Assembly: GCA_038087875.1 (NCBI GenBank)
Contig: CM075990.1
Location: forward strand, 8,868,001-8,932,000
Reading direction: 5' to 3'
From: Malacoraja senta
Taxonomy: Eukaryota
DNA: 64,000 nucleotides
Below the pieces are notes generated by a model, which was not told where the DNA came from, did no database searches, and worked only from the letters and a program-made list of their open reading frames with translations. The position numbers were made by a program, and so were the translations under genes. This document shows positions 63,872 to 64,000 of this stretch, piece by piece. Within the stretch, counting starts at the first letter, position 1, and each line of letters starts with the position of its first letter.

Positions 63872-64000
63872 TGTGTGTGTGTGTGCGTGTGTGTGCTTGT
63901 TTGTGTGTGGGTGTGTGTGTATGTGTGAGCGTGTGTGTGTGTGTGTGTGTGCGTGTTTGTGTGTGTATGTGTGTGTATGTGTGAGCATGTGTGTGTGTGT
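63754..64000. repeat. (GT)n microsatellite, imperfect
   Basis: Directly visible in the sequence. Confidence 0.99.

Noticed and set aside
63713..63988. His/Thr-rich and Cys/Val-rich ORFs
   Set aside because: These are translation artefacts of the (GT)n microsatellite.

Overview
Vertebrate genomic DNA, almost certainly from a cartilaginous fish (skate or ray), inferred from HE1/V-SINE-type SINEs, HER1/CR1 tails and Penelope repeats. It is intergenic or intronic and repeat-dominated, and I cannot identify any host protein-coding gene with confidence. Main contents: (1) a degenerate ~33-bp minisatellite (~5.3-24.6 kb) holding a nested transposon stack, namely a full-length decayed L1 with a 17-bp TSD and a CR1 that carries an L2 fragment and a full-length DIRS1-type tyrosine-recombinase retrotransposon, the DIRS itself interrupted by a Harbinger-type MITE; (2) many Penelope-derived fragments and fold-back insertions carrying a minimal hammerhead-ribozyme-like motif (CTGAAGA-stem-GAAAC-GTH); (3) a young 5'-truncated L1 flanked by an apparently perfect 287-bp direct repeat, with a nearby insertion-free paralog of the same locus; (4) a diverged U1 snRNA copy; (5) GC-rich non-coding elements with Rex1-like tails, one sharing a 5' motif with L1; (6) unique-sequence islands with POU/homeodomain motif clusters and one TATA-Kozak-splice-donor module. 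All calls were made by eye, boundaries are approximate unless a TSD is quoted, and no database searches were run.
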